Assembly (NCBI GenBank): GCA_964016885.1
Contig: OZ024744.1
Location: 134,602,001 to 134,666,000, forward strand
DNA length: 64,000 bases
Source: Eledone cirrhosa
Taxonomy: Eukaryota
Reading direction: 5' to 3'
The notes under the pieces are model-generated. The model was not told the origin of the DNA. It ran no database searches and worked only from the letters and a program-made list of their open reading frames with translations. Positions 1 to 12,344 of the stretch are shown here, one piece after another; the first letter of the stretch is position 1, and each line of letters begins with the position of its first letter. Made by a program: the position numbers and the translations under genes.

Positions 1-940
1 TTGGGGTTAAGTTAAGTTGGGGTTAAGTTAAGTTGGGGTTAAGTTAAGTTGAGGTTAAGTTAAGTTGGGGTTAAATTAAGTTGGGGTTAAGTTAAGTTGG
101 GGTTAAGTTAAGTTGGGGTTAAGTTAAGTTGGGGATAAGTTAAGTTGGGGATAATTTAAGTTGGGGTTAAGTTAAGTTGGGTTTAAGTTAAGTTGGGGTT
201 AAGTTAAGTTGGGGATAAGTTAAGTTGGGGTTAAGTTAAGTTGGGGATAAGTTAAGTTGGGGTTAAGTTAAGTTGGGGCTAAGTTAAGTTGGGGCTGAGT
301 TAAGTTGGGGTTAAGTTAAGTTGGGGTTAAGTTAAGTTGGGGTTAATTTAAGTTGGGGTTTATTTAAGTTGGGGTTACGTTAAGTTGGTGTTAAGTTAAG
401 TTGGGGTTAATTTAAGTTGGGGTTAATTAAGTTGGGGTTAAGTTAAGTTGGGGTTAAGTTAAGTTGGGGTTAATTTAAGTTGGGGTTGAGTTAAGTTGGG
501 GTTAAGTTAAGTTGGGGTTAAGTTAAGTTGAGGTTAAGTTAAGTTGGGGTTAAATTAAGTTGGGGTTAAGTTAAGTTGGGGTTAAGTTAAGTTGGGGTTA
601 AGTTAAGTTGGGGATAAGTTAAGTTGGGGATAATTTAAGTTGGGGTTAAGTTAAGTTGGGTTTAAGTTAAGTTGGGGTTAAGTTAAGTTGGGGATAAGTT
701 AAGTTGGGGTTAAGTTAAGTTGGGGTTAAGTTAAGTTGGGGTTAAGTTAAGTTGGGGCTAAGTTAAGTTGGGGCTGAGTTAAGTTGGGGTTAAGTTAAGT
801 TGGGGTTAAGTTAAGTTGGGGTTAATTTAAGTTGGGGTTTATTTAAGTTGGGGTTACGTTAAGTTGGTGTTAAGTTAAGTTGGGGTTAATTTAAGTTGGG
901 GTTAATTAAGTTGGGGTTAAGTTAAGTTGGGGTTAAGTTA
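1..940 (+). repeat. Local 479-bp (30-monomer) direct duplication
   Basis: The variant series GAGG, AAATT, GATA, GGGTTT, GGCT, TTTATT, TTACG, GGTG repeats, with GAGG at 51 and 530. The same doublet recurs in later higher-order copies. Confidence 0.8.
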
Positions 941-2489
941 AGTTGGGTTTAAGTTAAGTTGGGGTTCAGTTAAGTTGGGTATAAGTTAAGTTGGGTATAA
1001 GTTAAGTTGGGGTTAAGTTAAGTTGGGGTTAAGTTAAGTTGGTGTTAAGTTAAGTTGGGGCTAAGTTAAGTTGGGGCTGAGTTAAGTTGGGGCTGAGTTA
1101 AGTTGGGGTTAAGTTAAGTTGGGGTCAAGTTAAGTTGGGGTTAAGTTGGGGTTAAGTTAACTTAGGTTTAAGTTAAGATGGGGTTAAGTTAAGTTGGGGT
1201 TAAGTTAAGTTGGGGTTAAGTTAAGTTGGGGTTAAGTTAAGTTGGGGTTGATTTAATTTGTGGTTAAGTTAAGTTGGGGTTAAGTTAAGTTGGGGTTAAG
1301 TTAAGTTGGGGTTAAGTTAAGTCGGGGTTAAGTTAAGTTGGGGTTAAGTTAAGTTGGGGTTAAGTTAAGTTGGGGTTAAGTTAAGTTGGGGTCAAGTTAA
1401 GTTGGGGTTAAGTTGGGGTTAAGTTAAGGTAGGTTTAAGTTAAGTTGGGGTTAAGTTAAGTTGGGGTTAAGTTAAGTTGGGGTTAAGTTAATTTGTGGTT
1501 AAGTTAAGTTGGGGTTAAGTTAAGTTGGGGTTAAGTTAAGTTGGGGTTAAGTTAAGTCGGAGTTAATTTAAGTTGGGGTTAAGTTAAGTTGGGGTTAATT
1601 TAAGTTGGGGTTAAGTTAAGTTGGGGTTAAGTTAAGTTGGGGTTAAATTAAGTTGGGGTTAAGTTAAGTTGGGGTTAAGTCAAGTTGCGGTTAAGTTAAG
1701 TTGGGGATAAGTTAAGTTGGGGATAATTTAAGTTGGGGTTAAGTTAAGTTGGGTTTAAGTTAAGTTGGGGTTAAGTTAAGTTGGGGTTAAGTTAAGTTGG
1801 GGTTAAGTTAAGTTGGGGTTAAGTTAAGTTGGGGTTAAGTTAAGTTGGGGCTAAGTTAAGTTGGGGCTGAGTTAAGTTGGGGTTAAGTTAAGTTGGGCTT
1901 AATTTAAGTCGGGGTTAAGTTAAGTTAGGGTTCAGTTAAGTTGGGGTTAAGTTAAGTTGGGGTTGAGTTAAGTTGGGGTTGAGTTAAATTGGGGTTGAGT
2001 TAAGTTGGGGTTGAGTTAAGTTGGTGTTGAGTTAAGTTGGGGTTAAGTTAAGTTGGGGTTAAGTTAAGTTGCAGTTAAGTTAAGTTGAGGTTAAGTTAAG
2101 GTGCGGTTAAGTTAAGTTGGGGTTAAGTTAAGTTGGGGTTAAGTCAACTTGGGGCTAAGTTAAGTTGGGGCTAAGTTAAGTTGGGGCTAAGTTAAGTTGG
2201 GGTTAATTTAAGTTGGGGTTAAGTTAAGTCGGGGTTAAGTTAAGTTGGGGTTAAGTTAAGTTGGGGTTAATTTAAGTTGGGGTTAAGTTAAGTTGGGGTT
2301 AAGTTAAGTTGGGGTTAAGTTAAGTTGGGGTTAAGTTAAGATGGTTAGTTAAGTTGAGTTTAAGTTAAGTTGGGGTTAATTTAAGTTGGGGTTAAGTTAT
2401 GTTGGGGTTAAGTTAAGTTGGGGTTAAGTTAAGTTGGGGTTAAGTTAAGTTGGGGTTAAGTTAAGTTGGGGTTAAGTTAAGTTGGGGTT

Positions 2490-2662
2490 AACCCCAACTT
2501 AACTTAACCCCAACTTCACTCAACCCCAACGTAACTCAACCCCAACTTAACTTAACCCCAACTTCACTCAACCCCAACTTAACTTAACCCCAACTTCACT
2601 CAACCCCAACTTCCAACTTGACTTAATCCCAACTTAACTTAGCCCCAACTTAACTTAAGCCC
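2490..2662 (-). repeat. Inverted satellite block 1 (173 bp, type A)
   Basis: Starts at the GGGGTT|AACCCC palindrome centre, consists of CCCCAACTTAACTTAA units, contains CTTCCAACTTGAC and ends CTTAAGCCC-TAAGTCGGGG. Confidence 0.96.
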
Positions 2663-5600
2663 TAAGTCGGGGTTAAGTTAAGTTGGCGTTAAGTTAAGTT
2701 AGGCTTAACTTAAGTTGGGATTCAGTTAAGTTGGGGGTAAGTTAAGTTGGGGGTAAGTTAAGTTGGGGTTAAGTTAAGTTGCGGTTAAGTTGGGGTTAAG
2801 TTAAGTTAGGGTTAAGTTAAGTTGGGGTTGAGTTAAGTTGGGGTTAATTAAGTGGTGGTTATGTTAAGTTGGGGTTAAGTTAAGTTGGGGTTAATTTAAA
2901 TTGGGGTTAAGTTAACTTTGTGGTTAAGTTAAGTTGGGGTTAATTTAAGTTGGGGTTAAGTTGGGGTTGAGTTAAGTTGGGGTTGAGTGAAGTTGGGGTT
3001 AAGTTAAGTTGGGGTTAAGTTAAGTTGGGGTTAAGTTAAGTCGGGGTTAATTTAAGTTGTGGTTGAGTTAAGTTGGGGTTAATTTAAGTTGGGGTTAAGT
3101 TAAGTTGGGGTTAAGTTAAGTTGGGGTTAAGTTAAGATGGGGTTAAGTTAAGTTGGGGTTAAGTTAAGTTGAGGTTAAGTTAAGTTGGGGTTAAATTAAG
3201 TTGGGGTTAAGTTAAGTTGGGGTTAAGTTAAGTTGGGGTTAAGTTAAGTTGGGGATAAGTTAAGTTGGGGATAATTTAAGTTGGGGTTAAGTTAAATTGG
3301 GTTTAAGTTAAGTTGGGGTTAAGTTAATTTGTGGTTAAGTTAAGTTGGGGTTAAGTTAAGTTGGGGTTAAGTTAAGTTGGGGTTAAGTTAAGTCGGGGTT
3401 AAGTTAAGTTGGGGTTAAGTTAAGTTGGGGTTAATTTAAGTTGGGGTTAAGTTAAGTTGGGGTTAAGTTAAGTTGGGGTTAATTTAAGATGGGGTTAAGT
3501 TAAGTTGGGGTTAAGTTAAGTTGAGGTTAAGTTAAGTTGGGGTTAAATTAAGTTGGGGTTAAGTTAAGTTGGGGTTAAGTTAAGTTGGGGTTAAGTTAAG
3601 TTGGGGATAAGTTAAGTTGGGGATAATTTAAGTTGGGGTTAAGTTAAGTTGGGTTTAAGTTAAGTTGGGGTTAAGTTAAGTTGGGGTTAAGTTAAGTTGG
3701 GGTTAAGTTAAGTTGGGGTTAAGTTAAGTTGGGGCTAAGTTAAGTTGGGGCTGAGTTAAGTTGGGGTTAAGTTAAGTTGGGGTTAAGTTAAGTTGGGGTT
3801 AAGTTAAGTTGGGGTTTATTTAAGTTGGGGTTAAGTTACGTTGGGGTTCATTTAAGTTGGGGTTAAGTTAAGTCGGGGTTAAGTTAAGTCGGGGTTAAGT
3901 TAAGTTAGGGTTCAGTTAAGTTGGGGTTAAGTTAAGTTGGGCTTGAGTTAAGTTGGGGTTGCGTTAAATTGGGGTTGAGTTAAGTTGGGGTTGAGTTAAG
4001 TTGGTGTTGAGTTAAGTTGGAGTTAAGTTAAGTTGGGGTTAAGTTAAGTTGCAGTTAAGTTAAGTTGAGGTTAAGTTAAGGTGGGGTTAAGTTAAGTCGG
4101 GGTTAAGTTAAGTTGGGGTTGAGTTAAGTTGGGGTTAATTTAAGTTGGGGCTAAGTTAATTTGTGGTTAAGTTAAGTTGGGGTTAACTTAAGTTGGGGTT
4201 AAGTTACGTTGGGGTTGAGTTAAGTTGGGGTTGAGTTAATTTGGGGTTAAGTTAAGTTGGGGTTAATTTAAGTTGGGTTTAAGTTAATTTGGGGTTAAAT
4301 TAAGTTGGGGTTAAATTAAGTTGGGGTTAAGTTATGTTGGGGGTAAGTTAAGTTGGGGGCAAGTTAAGTTGGGGTTAATTTAAGTTGGGGTTAAATTAAG
4401 TTGGGGTTACGTTAAGTTGGTGTTAAGTTAAGTTGGGGTTAATTTAAGTTGGGGTTAATTAAGTTGGGGTTAAGTTAAGTTGGGGTTAAGTTAAGTTGGG
4501 GTTAATTTAAGTTGGGGTTGAGTTAAGTTGGGGTTAAGTTAAGTTGGGGTTATATTAAGTTGGGGTTAAGTTAAGTTGGGGTTCAGTTAAGTTGGGGATA
4601 AGTTAAGTTGGGGTTAAGTTAAGTTGGGGTTAAGTTAAGTTGGGGTTAAGTTAAGTTGGTGTTAAGTTATGTTGGGGCTAAGTTAAGTTGGGGCTGAGTT
4701 AAGTTGGGGCTGAGTTAAGTTGGGGTTAAGTTAAGTTGGGGTTGAGTTAAGTTGGGGTTAAGTTAAGTTGGGGTCAAGTTAAAGTGGGGTTAAGTTGGGG
4801 TTAAGTTAAGTTAGGTTTAAGTTAAGTTGGGGTTAAGTTAAGTTGGGGTTAAGTTAAGTTGGGGTCAAGTTAAGTTGGGGTTAAGTTGGGGTTAAGTTAA
4901 GTTAGGTTTAAGTTAAGTTGGGGTTAAGTTAATTTGGGGTTAAGTTAAGTTGGGGTTAAGTTAAGTTGGGGTTAAGTTAAGTTGGGGTTAAGTTAATTTG
5001 TGGTTAAGTTAAGTTGGGGTTAAGTTAAGTTCGGGTTAAGTTAAGTTGGGGTTAAGTTAAGTCGGGGTTAAGTTAAGTTGGGGTTAAGTTAAGTTGGGGT
5101 TAATTTAAGTTGGGGTTAAGTTAAGTTGGGGTTAAGTTAAGTTGGGGTTAAGTTAAGTTGGGGTTAAGTTAAGTTGAGGTTAAGTTAAGTTGGGGTTAAA
5201 TTAAGTTGGGGTTAAGTTAAGTTGGGGTTAAGTTAAGTTGGGGTTAAGTTAAGTTGGGGATAAGTTAAGTTGGGGATAATTTAAGTTGGGGTTAAGTTAA
5301 GTTGGGTTTAAGTTAAGTTGGGGTTAAGTTAAGTTGGGGATAAGTTAAGTTGGGGTTAAGTTAAGTTGGGGTTAAATTAAGTTGGGGTTAAGTTAAGTTG
5401 GGGCTAAGTTAAGTTGGGGCTGAGTTAAGTTGGGGTTACATTAAGTTGGGGTTAAGTTAAGTTGGGGTTAAGTTAAGTTGGGGTTTATTTAAGTTGGGGT
5501 TAAATTAAGTTGGGGTTCAGTTAAGTTGGGGTTAAGTTAAGTTGGGGTTAAGATGGGGTTAAATTAAGTTGGGGTTAAGTTAAGTTGGGGTTAAGTTAAG

Positions 5601-8600
5601 TTGGGGTTAAGTTAAGTTGGGGTTAAGTTAAGTCGGGGTTAAGTTAAGTCGGGGTTAAGTTAAGTTAGGGTTCAGTTAAGTTGGGGTTAAGTTAAGTTGG
5701 GGTTGAGTTAAGTTGGGGTTGAGTTAAATTGGGGTTGAGTTAAGTTGGGGTTGAGTTAAGTTGGTTTTGAGTTGAGTTGGGGTTAAGTTAAGTTGGGGTT
5801 AAGTTAAGTTGGGGTCAAGTTAAGTTGGGGTTAAGTTAAGTTGGTTAGTTAAGTTGAGTTTAAGTTAAGTTGGGGTTAATTTAAGTTGGGGTTAAGTTAA
5901 GTTGGGGTTAAGTTAAGTTGGGGTTAAGTTAAGTTGGGGTTAAGTTAAGTCGGGGTTAATTTAAGTCGGGGTTAAGTTAAGTTAGGGTTCAGTTAAGTTG
6001 GGGTTAAGTTAAGTTGGGGTTGAGTTAAGTTGGGGTTGAGTTAAATTGGGGTTGAGTTAAGTTGGTTTTGAGTTAAGTTGGTGTTGAGTTAAGTTGGGGT
6101 TAAGTTAAGTTGGGGTTAAGTTAAGTTGCAGTTAAGCTAAGTTGAGGTTTAGTTAAGGTGGGGTTAAGTTAAGTCGGGGTTAAGTTAAGTTGTGGTTGAG
6201 TTAAGTTGGGGTTAATTTAAGTTGGGGCTGAGTTAATTTGTGGTTAAGTTAAGCTGGGGTTAAGTTAAGTTGGGGTTGAGTTAAGTTGGGGTTGAGTTAA
6301 TTTGGGGTTAAGTTAAGTTGGGGTTAATTTAAGTTGGGTTTAAGTTAAGTTGGGGTTAAATTAAGTTGGGGTTAAATTAAGTTGGGGTTAAGTTAAGTTG
6401 GGGGTAAGTTAAGTTGGGGGCAAGTTAAGTTGGGGTTAATTTAAGTTGGGGTTAAATTAAGTTGGGGTTACGTTAAGTTGGTGTTAAGTTAAGTTGGGGT
6501 TAATTTAAGTTGGGGTTAATTAAGTTGGGGTTAAGTTAAGTTGGGGTTAAGTTAAGTTGGGGTTATATTAAGTTGGGGTTAAGTTAAGTTGGGGTTCAGT
6601 TAAGTTGGGGATAAGTTAAGTTGGGGTTAAGTTAAGTTGGGGTTAATTAAGTTGGGGTTAAGTTAAGTTGGGGTTAAGTTAAGTTGGGGCTAAGTTAAGT
6701 TGCAGTTAAGTTAAGTTGAGGTTAAGTTAAGGTGGGGTTAAGTTAAGTCGGGGTTAAGTTAAGTTGTGGTTGAATTAAGTTGGGGCTAAGTTAATTTGTG
6801 GTTAAGTTAAGTTGGGGTTAAGTTAAGTTGGGGTTAAGTTAAGTTGGGGTTGAGTTAAGTTGGGGTTGAGTTAATTTGGGGTTAAGTTAAGTTGGGATTA
6901 AGTTAAGTTGGGTTTAAGTTAAGTTGGGGTTAAATTAAGTTGGGGTTAAATTAAGTTGGGGTTAAGTTAAGTTGGGGGTAAGTTAAGTTGGGGGCAAGTT
7001 AAGTTGGGGTTAATTTAAGTTGGGGTTAAATTAAGTTGGGGTAACGTTAAGTTGGTGTTAAGTTAAGTTGGGGTTAATTTAAGTTGGGGTTAATTAAGTT
7101 GGGGTTAAGTTAAGTTGGGGTTAAGTTAAGTTGGGGTTAATTTAAGTTGGGGTTGAGTTAAGTTGGGGTTGAGTTAAGTTGGGGATAAGTTAAGTTGGGG
7201 TTAAGTTAAGTTGGGGTTAAGTTAAGTTGGGGTTAAGTTAAGTTGGTGTTAAGTTAAGTTGGGGCTAAGTTAAGTTGGGGCTGAGTTAAGTTGGGGCTGA
7301 GTTAAGTTGGGGTTAAGTTAAGTTGGGGTTGAGTTAAGTTGGGGTTAAGTTAAGTTGGGGTCAAGTTAAGTTGGGGTTAAGTTGGGGTTAAGTTAAGTTA
7401 GGTTTAAGTTAAGTTGGGGTTAAGTTAAGTTGGGGTTAAGTTAAGTTGGGGTTAAGTTAAGTTGGGGTTAAGTTAAGTTGGTGTTAAGTTAATTTGTGGT
7501 TAAGTTAAGTTGGGGTTAAGTTAAGTTTGGGTTAAGTTAAGTTGGGGTTAAGTTAAGTCGGGGTTAAGTTAAGTTGGGGTTAAGTTAAGTTGGGGTTAAT
7601 TTAAGTTGGGGTTAAGTTAAGTTGGGGTTAAGTTAAGTTGGGGTTAAGTTAAGTTGGGGTTAAGTTAAGTTGGGGTTAAGTTAAGTTGAGGTTAAGTTAA
7701 GTTGGGGTTAAATTAAGTTGGGGTTAAGTTAAGTTGGGGTTAAGTTAAGTTGGGGTTAAGTTAAGTTGGGGATAAGTTAAGTTGGGGATAATTTAAGTTG
7801 GGGTTAAGTTAAGTTGGGTTTAAGTTAAGTTGGGGTTAAGTTAAGTTGGGGATAAGTTAAGTTGGGGTTAAGTTAAGTTGGGGATAAGTTAAGTTGGGGT
7901 TAAGTTAAGTTGGGGCTAAGTTAAGTTGGGGCTGAGTTAAGTTGGGGTTAAGTTAAGTTGGGGTTAAGTTAAGTTGGGGTTAATTTAAGTTGGGGTTTAT
8001 TTAAGTTGGGGTTACGTTAAGTTGGTGTTAAGTTAAGTTGGGGTTAATTTAAGTTGGGGTTAATTAAGTTGGGGTTAAGTTAAGTTGGGGTTAAGTTAAG
8101 TTGGGGTTAATTTAAGTTGGGGTTGAGTTAAGTTGGGGTTAAGTTAAGTTGGGGTTAAGTTAAGTTGAGGTTAAGTTAAGTTGGGGTTAAATTAAGTTGG
8201 GGTTAAGTTAAGTTGGGGTTAAGTTAAGTTGGGGTTAAGTTAAGTTGGGGATAAGTTAAGTTGGGGATAATTTAAGTTGGGGTTAAGTTAAGTTGGGTTT
8301 AAGTTAAGTTGGGGTTAAGTTAAGTTGGGGATAAGTTAAGTTGGGGTTAAGTTAAGTTGGGGTTAAGTTAAGTTGGGGTTAAGTTAAGTTGGGGCTAAGT
8401 TAAGTTGGGGCTGAGTTAAGTTGGGGTTAAGTTAAGTTGGGGTTAAGTTAAGTTGGGGTTAATTTAAGTTGGGGTTTATTTAAGTTGGGGTTACGTTAAG
8501 TTGGTGTTAAGTTAAGTTGGGGTTAATTTAAGTTGGGGTTAATTAAGTTGGGGTTAAGTTAAGTTGGGGTTAAGTTAAGTTGGGTTTAAGTTAAGTTGGG

Positions 8601-10190
8601 GTTCAGTTAAGTTGGGTATAAGTTAAGTTGGGTATAAGTTAAGTTGGGGTTAAGTTAAGTTGGGGTTAAGTTAAGTTGGTGTTAAGTTAAGTTGGGGCTA
8701 AGTTAAGTTGGGGCTGAGTTAAGTTGGGGCTGAGTTAAGTTGGGGTTAAGTTAAGTTGGGGTCAAGTTAAGTTGGGGTTAAGTTGGGGTTAAGTTAACTT
8801 AGGTTTAAGTTAAGATGGGGTTAAGTTAAGTTGGGGTTAAGTTAAGTTGGGGTTAAGTTAAGTTGGGGTTAAGTTAAGTTGGGGTTGATTTAATTTGTGG
8901 TTAAGTTAAGTTGGGGTTAAGTTAAGTTGGGGTTAAGTTAAGTTGGGGTTAAGTTAAGTCGGGGTTAAGTTAAGTTGGGGTTAAGTTAAGTTGGGGTTAA
9001 GTTAAGTTGGGGTTAAGTTAAGTTGGGGTCAAGTTAAGTTGGGGTTAAGTTGGGGTTAAGTTAAGGTAGGTTTAAGTTAAGTTGGGGTTAAGTTAAGTTG
9101 GGGTTAAGTTAAGTTGGGGTTAAGTTAATTTGTGGTTAAGTTAAGTTGGGGTTAAGTTAAGTTGGGGTTAAGTTAAGTTGGGGTTAAGTTAAGTCGGAGT
9201 TAATTTAAGTTGGGGTTAAGTTAAGTTGGGGTTAATTTAAGTTGGGGTTAAGTTAAGTTGGGGTTAAGTTAAGTTGGGGTTAAATTAAGTTGGGGTTAAG
9301 TTAAGTTGGGGTTAAGTCAAGTTGCGGTTAAGTTAAGTTGGGGATAAGTTAAGTTGGGGATAATTTAAGTTGGGGTTAAGTTAAGTTGGGTTTAAGTTAA
9401 GTTGGGGTTAAGTTAAGTTGGGGTTAAGTTAAGTTGGGGTTAAGTTAAGTTGGGGTTAAGTTAAGTTGGGGTTAAGTTAAGTTGGGGCTAAGTTAAGTTG
9501 GGGCTGAGTTAAGTTGGGGTTAAGTTAAGTTGGGCTTAATTTAAGTCGGGGTTAAGTTAAGTTAGGGTTCAGTTAAGTTGGGGTTAAGTTAAGTTGGGGT
9601 TGAGTTAAGTTGGGGTTGAGTTAAATTGGGGTTGAGTTAAGTTGGGGTTGAGTTAAGTTGGTGTTGAGTTAAGTTGGGGTTAAGTTAAGTTGGGGTTAAG
9701 TTAAGTTGCAGTTAAGTTAAGTTGAGGTTAAGTTAAGGTGCGGTTAAGTTAAGTTGGGGTTAAGTTAAGTTGGGGTTAAGTCAACTTGGGGCTAAGTTAA
9801 GTTGGGGCTAAGTTAAGTTGGGGCTAAGTTAAGTTGGGGTTAATTTAAGTTGGGGTTAAGTTAAGTCGGGGTTAAGTTAAGTTGGGGTTAAGTTAAGTTG
9901 GGGTTAATTTAAGTTGGGGTTAAGTTAAGTTGGGGTTAAGTTAAGTTGGGGTTAAGTTAAGTTGGGGTTAATTTAAGTTGTGTTTAAGTTAAGTTGGGGT
10001 TAAGTTAAGTTGGGGTTAAGTTAAGTTGGGGTTAAGTTAAGATGGTTAGTTAAGTTGAGTTTAAGTTAAGTTGGGGTTAATTTAAGTTGGGGTTAAGTTA
10101 TGTTGGGGTTAAGTTAAGTTGGGGTTAAGTTAAGTTGGGGTTAAGTTAAGTTGGGGTTAAGTTAAGTTGGGGTTAAGTTAAGTTGGGGTT

Positions 10191-10363
10191 AACCCCAACT
10201 TAACTTAACCCCAACTTCACTCAACCCCAACGTAACTCAACCCCAACTTAACTTAACCCCAACTTCACTCAACCCCAACTTAACTTAACCCCAACTTCAC
10301 TCAACCCCAACTTCCAACTTGACTTAATCCCAACTTAACTTAGCCCCAACTTAACTTAAGCCC
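10191..10363 (-). repeat. Inverted satellite block 2 (173 bp, type A)
   Basis: Same sequence and junctions as block 1. Confidence 0.96.
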
Positions 10364-12344
10364 TAAGTCGGGGTTAAGTTAAGTTGGCGTTAAGTTAAGT
10401 TAGGCTTAACTTAAGTTGGGATTCAGTTAAGTTGGGGGTAAGTTAAGTTGGGGGTAAGTTAAGTTGGGGTTAAGTTAAGTTGCGGTTAAGTTGGGGTTAA
10501 GTTAAGTTAGGGTTAAGTTAAGTTGGGGTTGAGTTAAGTTGGGGTTAATTAAGTGGTGGTTATGTTAAGTTGGGGTTAAGTTAAGTTGGGGTTAATTTAA
10601 ATTGGGGTTAAGTTAACTTTGTGGTTAAGTTAAGTTGGGGTTAATTTAAGTTGGGGTTAAGTTGGGGTTGAGTTAAGTTGGGGTTGAGTGAAGTTGGGGT
10701 TAAGTTAAGTTGGGGTTAAGTTAAGTTGGGGTTAAGTTAAGTCGGGGTTAATTTAAGTTGTGGTTGAGTTAAGTTGGGGTTAATTTAAGTTGGGGTTAAG
10801 TTAAGTTGGGGTTAAGTTAAGTTGGGGTTAAGTTAAGATGGGGTTAAGTTAAGTTGGGGTTAAGTTAAGTTGAGGTTAAGTTAAGTTGGGGTTAAATTAA
10901 GTTGGGGTTAAGTTAAGTTGGGGTTAAGTTAAGTTGGGGTTAAGTTAAGTTGGGGATAAGTTAAGTTGGGGATAATTTAAGTTGGGGTTAAGTTAAATTG
11001 GGTTTAAGTTAAGTTGGGGTTAAGTTAATTTGTGGTTAAGTTAAGTTGGGGTTAAGTTAAGTTGGGGTTAAGTTAAGTTGGGGTTAAGTTAAGTCGGGGT
11101 TAAGTTAAGTTGGGGTTAAGTTAAGTTGGGGTTAATTTAAGTTGGGGTTAAGTTAAGTTGGGGTTAAGTTAAGTTGGGGTTAATTTAAGATGGGGTTAAG
11201 TTAAGTTGGGGTTAAGTTAAGTTGAGGTTAAGTTAAGTTGGGGTTAAATTAAGTTGGGGTTAAGTTAAGTTGGGGTTAAGTTAAGTTGGGGTTAAGTTAA
11301 GTTGGGGATAAGTTAAGTTGGGGATAATTTAAGTTGGGGTTAAGTTAAGTTGGGTTTAAGTTAAGTTGGGGTTAAGTTAAGTTGGGGTTAAGTTAAGTTG
11401 GGGTTAAGTTAAGTTGGGGTTAAGTTAAGTTGGGGCTAAGTTAAGTTGGGGCTGAGTTAAGTTGGGGTTAAGTTAAGTTGGGGTTAAGTTAAGTTGGGGT
11501 TAAGTTAAGTTGGGGTTTATTTAAGTTGGGGTTAAGTTACGTTGGGGTTCATTTAAGTTGGGGTTAAGTTAAGTCGGGGTTAAGTTAAGTCGGGGTTAAG
11601 TTAAGTTAGGGTTCAGTTAAGTTGGGGTTAAGTTAAGTTGGGCTTGAGTTAAGTTGGGGTTGCGTTAAATTGGGGTTGAGTTAAGTTGGGGTTGAGTTAA
11701 GTTGGTGTTGAGTTAAGTTGGAGTTAAGTTAAGTTGGGGTTAAGTTAAGTTGCAGTTAAGTTAAGTTGAGGTTAAGTTAAGGTGGGGTTAAGTTAAGTCG
11801 GGGTTAAGTTAAGTTGGGGTTGAGTTAAGTTGGGGTTAATTTAAGTTGGGGCTAAGTTAATTTGTGGTTAAGTTAAGTTGGGGTTAACTTAAGTTGGGGT
11901 TAAGTTAAGTTGGGGTTGAGTTAAGTTGGGGTTGAGTTAATTTGGGGTTAAGTTAAGTTGGGGTTAATTTAAGTTGGGTTTAAGTTAATTTGGGGTTAAA
12001 TTAAGTTGGGGTTAAATTAAGTTGGGGTTAAGTTATGTTGGGGGTAAGTTAAGTTGGGGGCAAGTTAAGTTGGGGTTAATTTAAGTTGGGGTTAAATTAA
12101 GTTGGGGTTACGTTAAGTTGGTGTTAAGTTAAGTTGGGGTTAATTTAAGTTGGGGTTAATTAAGTTGGGGTTAAGTTAAGTTGGGGTTAAGTTAAGTTGG
12201 GGTTAATTTAAGTTGGGGTTGAGTTAAGTTGGGGTTAAGTTAAGTTGGGGTTATATTAAGTTGGGGTTAAGTTAAGTTGGGGTTCAGTTAAGTTGGGGAT
12301 AAGTTAAGTTGGGGTTAAGTTAAGTTGGGGTTAAGTTAAGTTGG

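Noticed and set aside
2490-2662. Inverted blocks as piggyBac-like or MITE insertions at TTAA
   Set aside because: The blocks consist only of the satellite itself. They have no terminal inverted repeats of their own, no clean TTAA duplication at the right end and no transposase.
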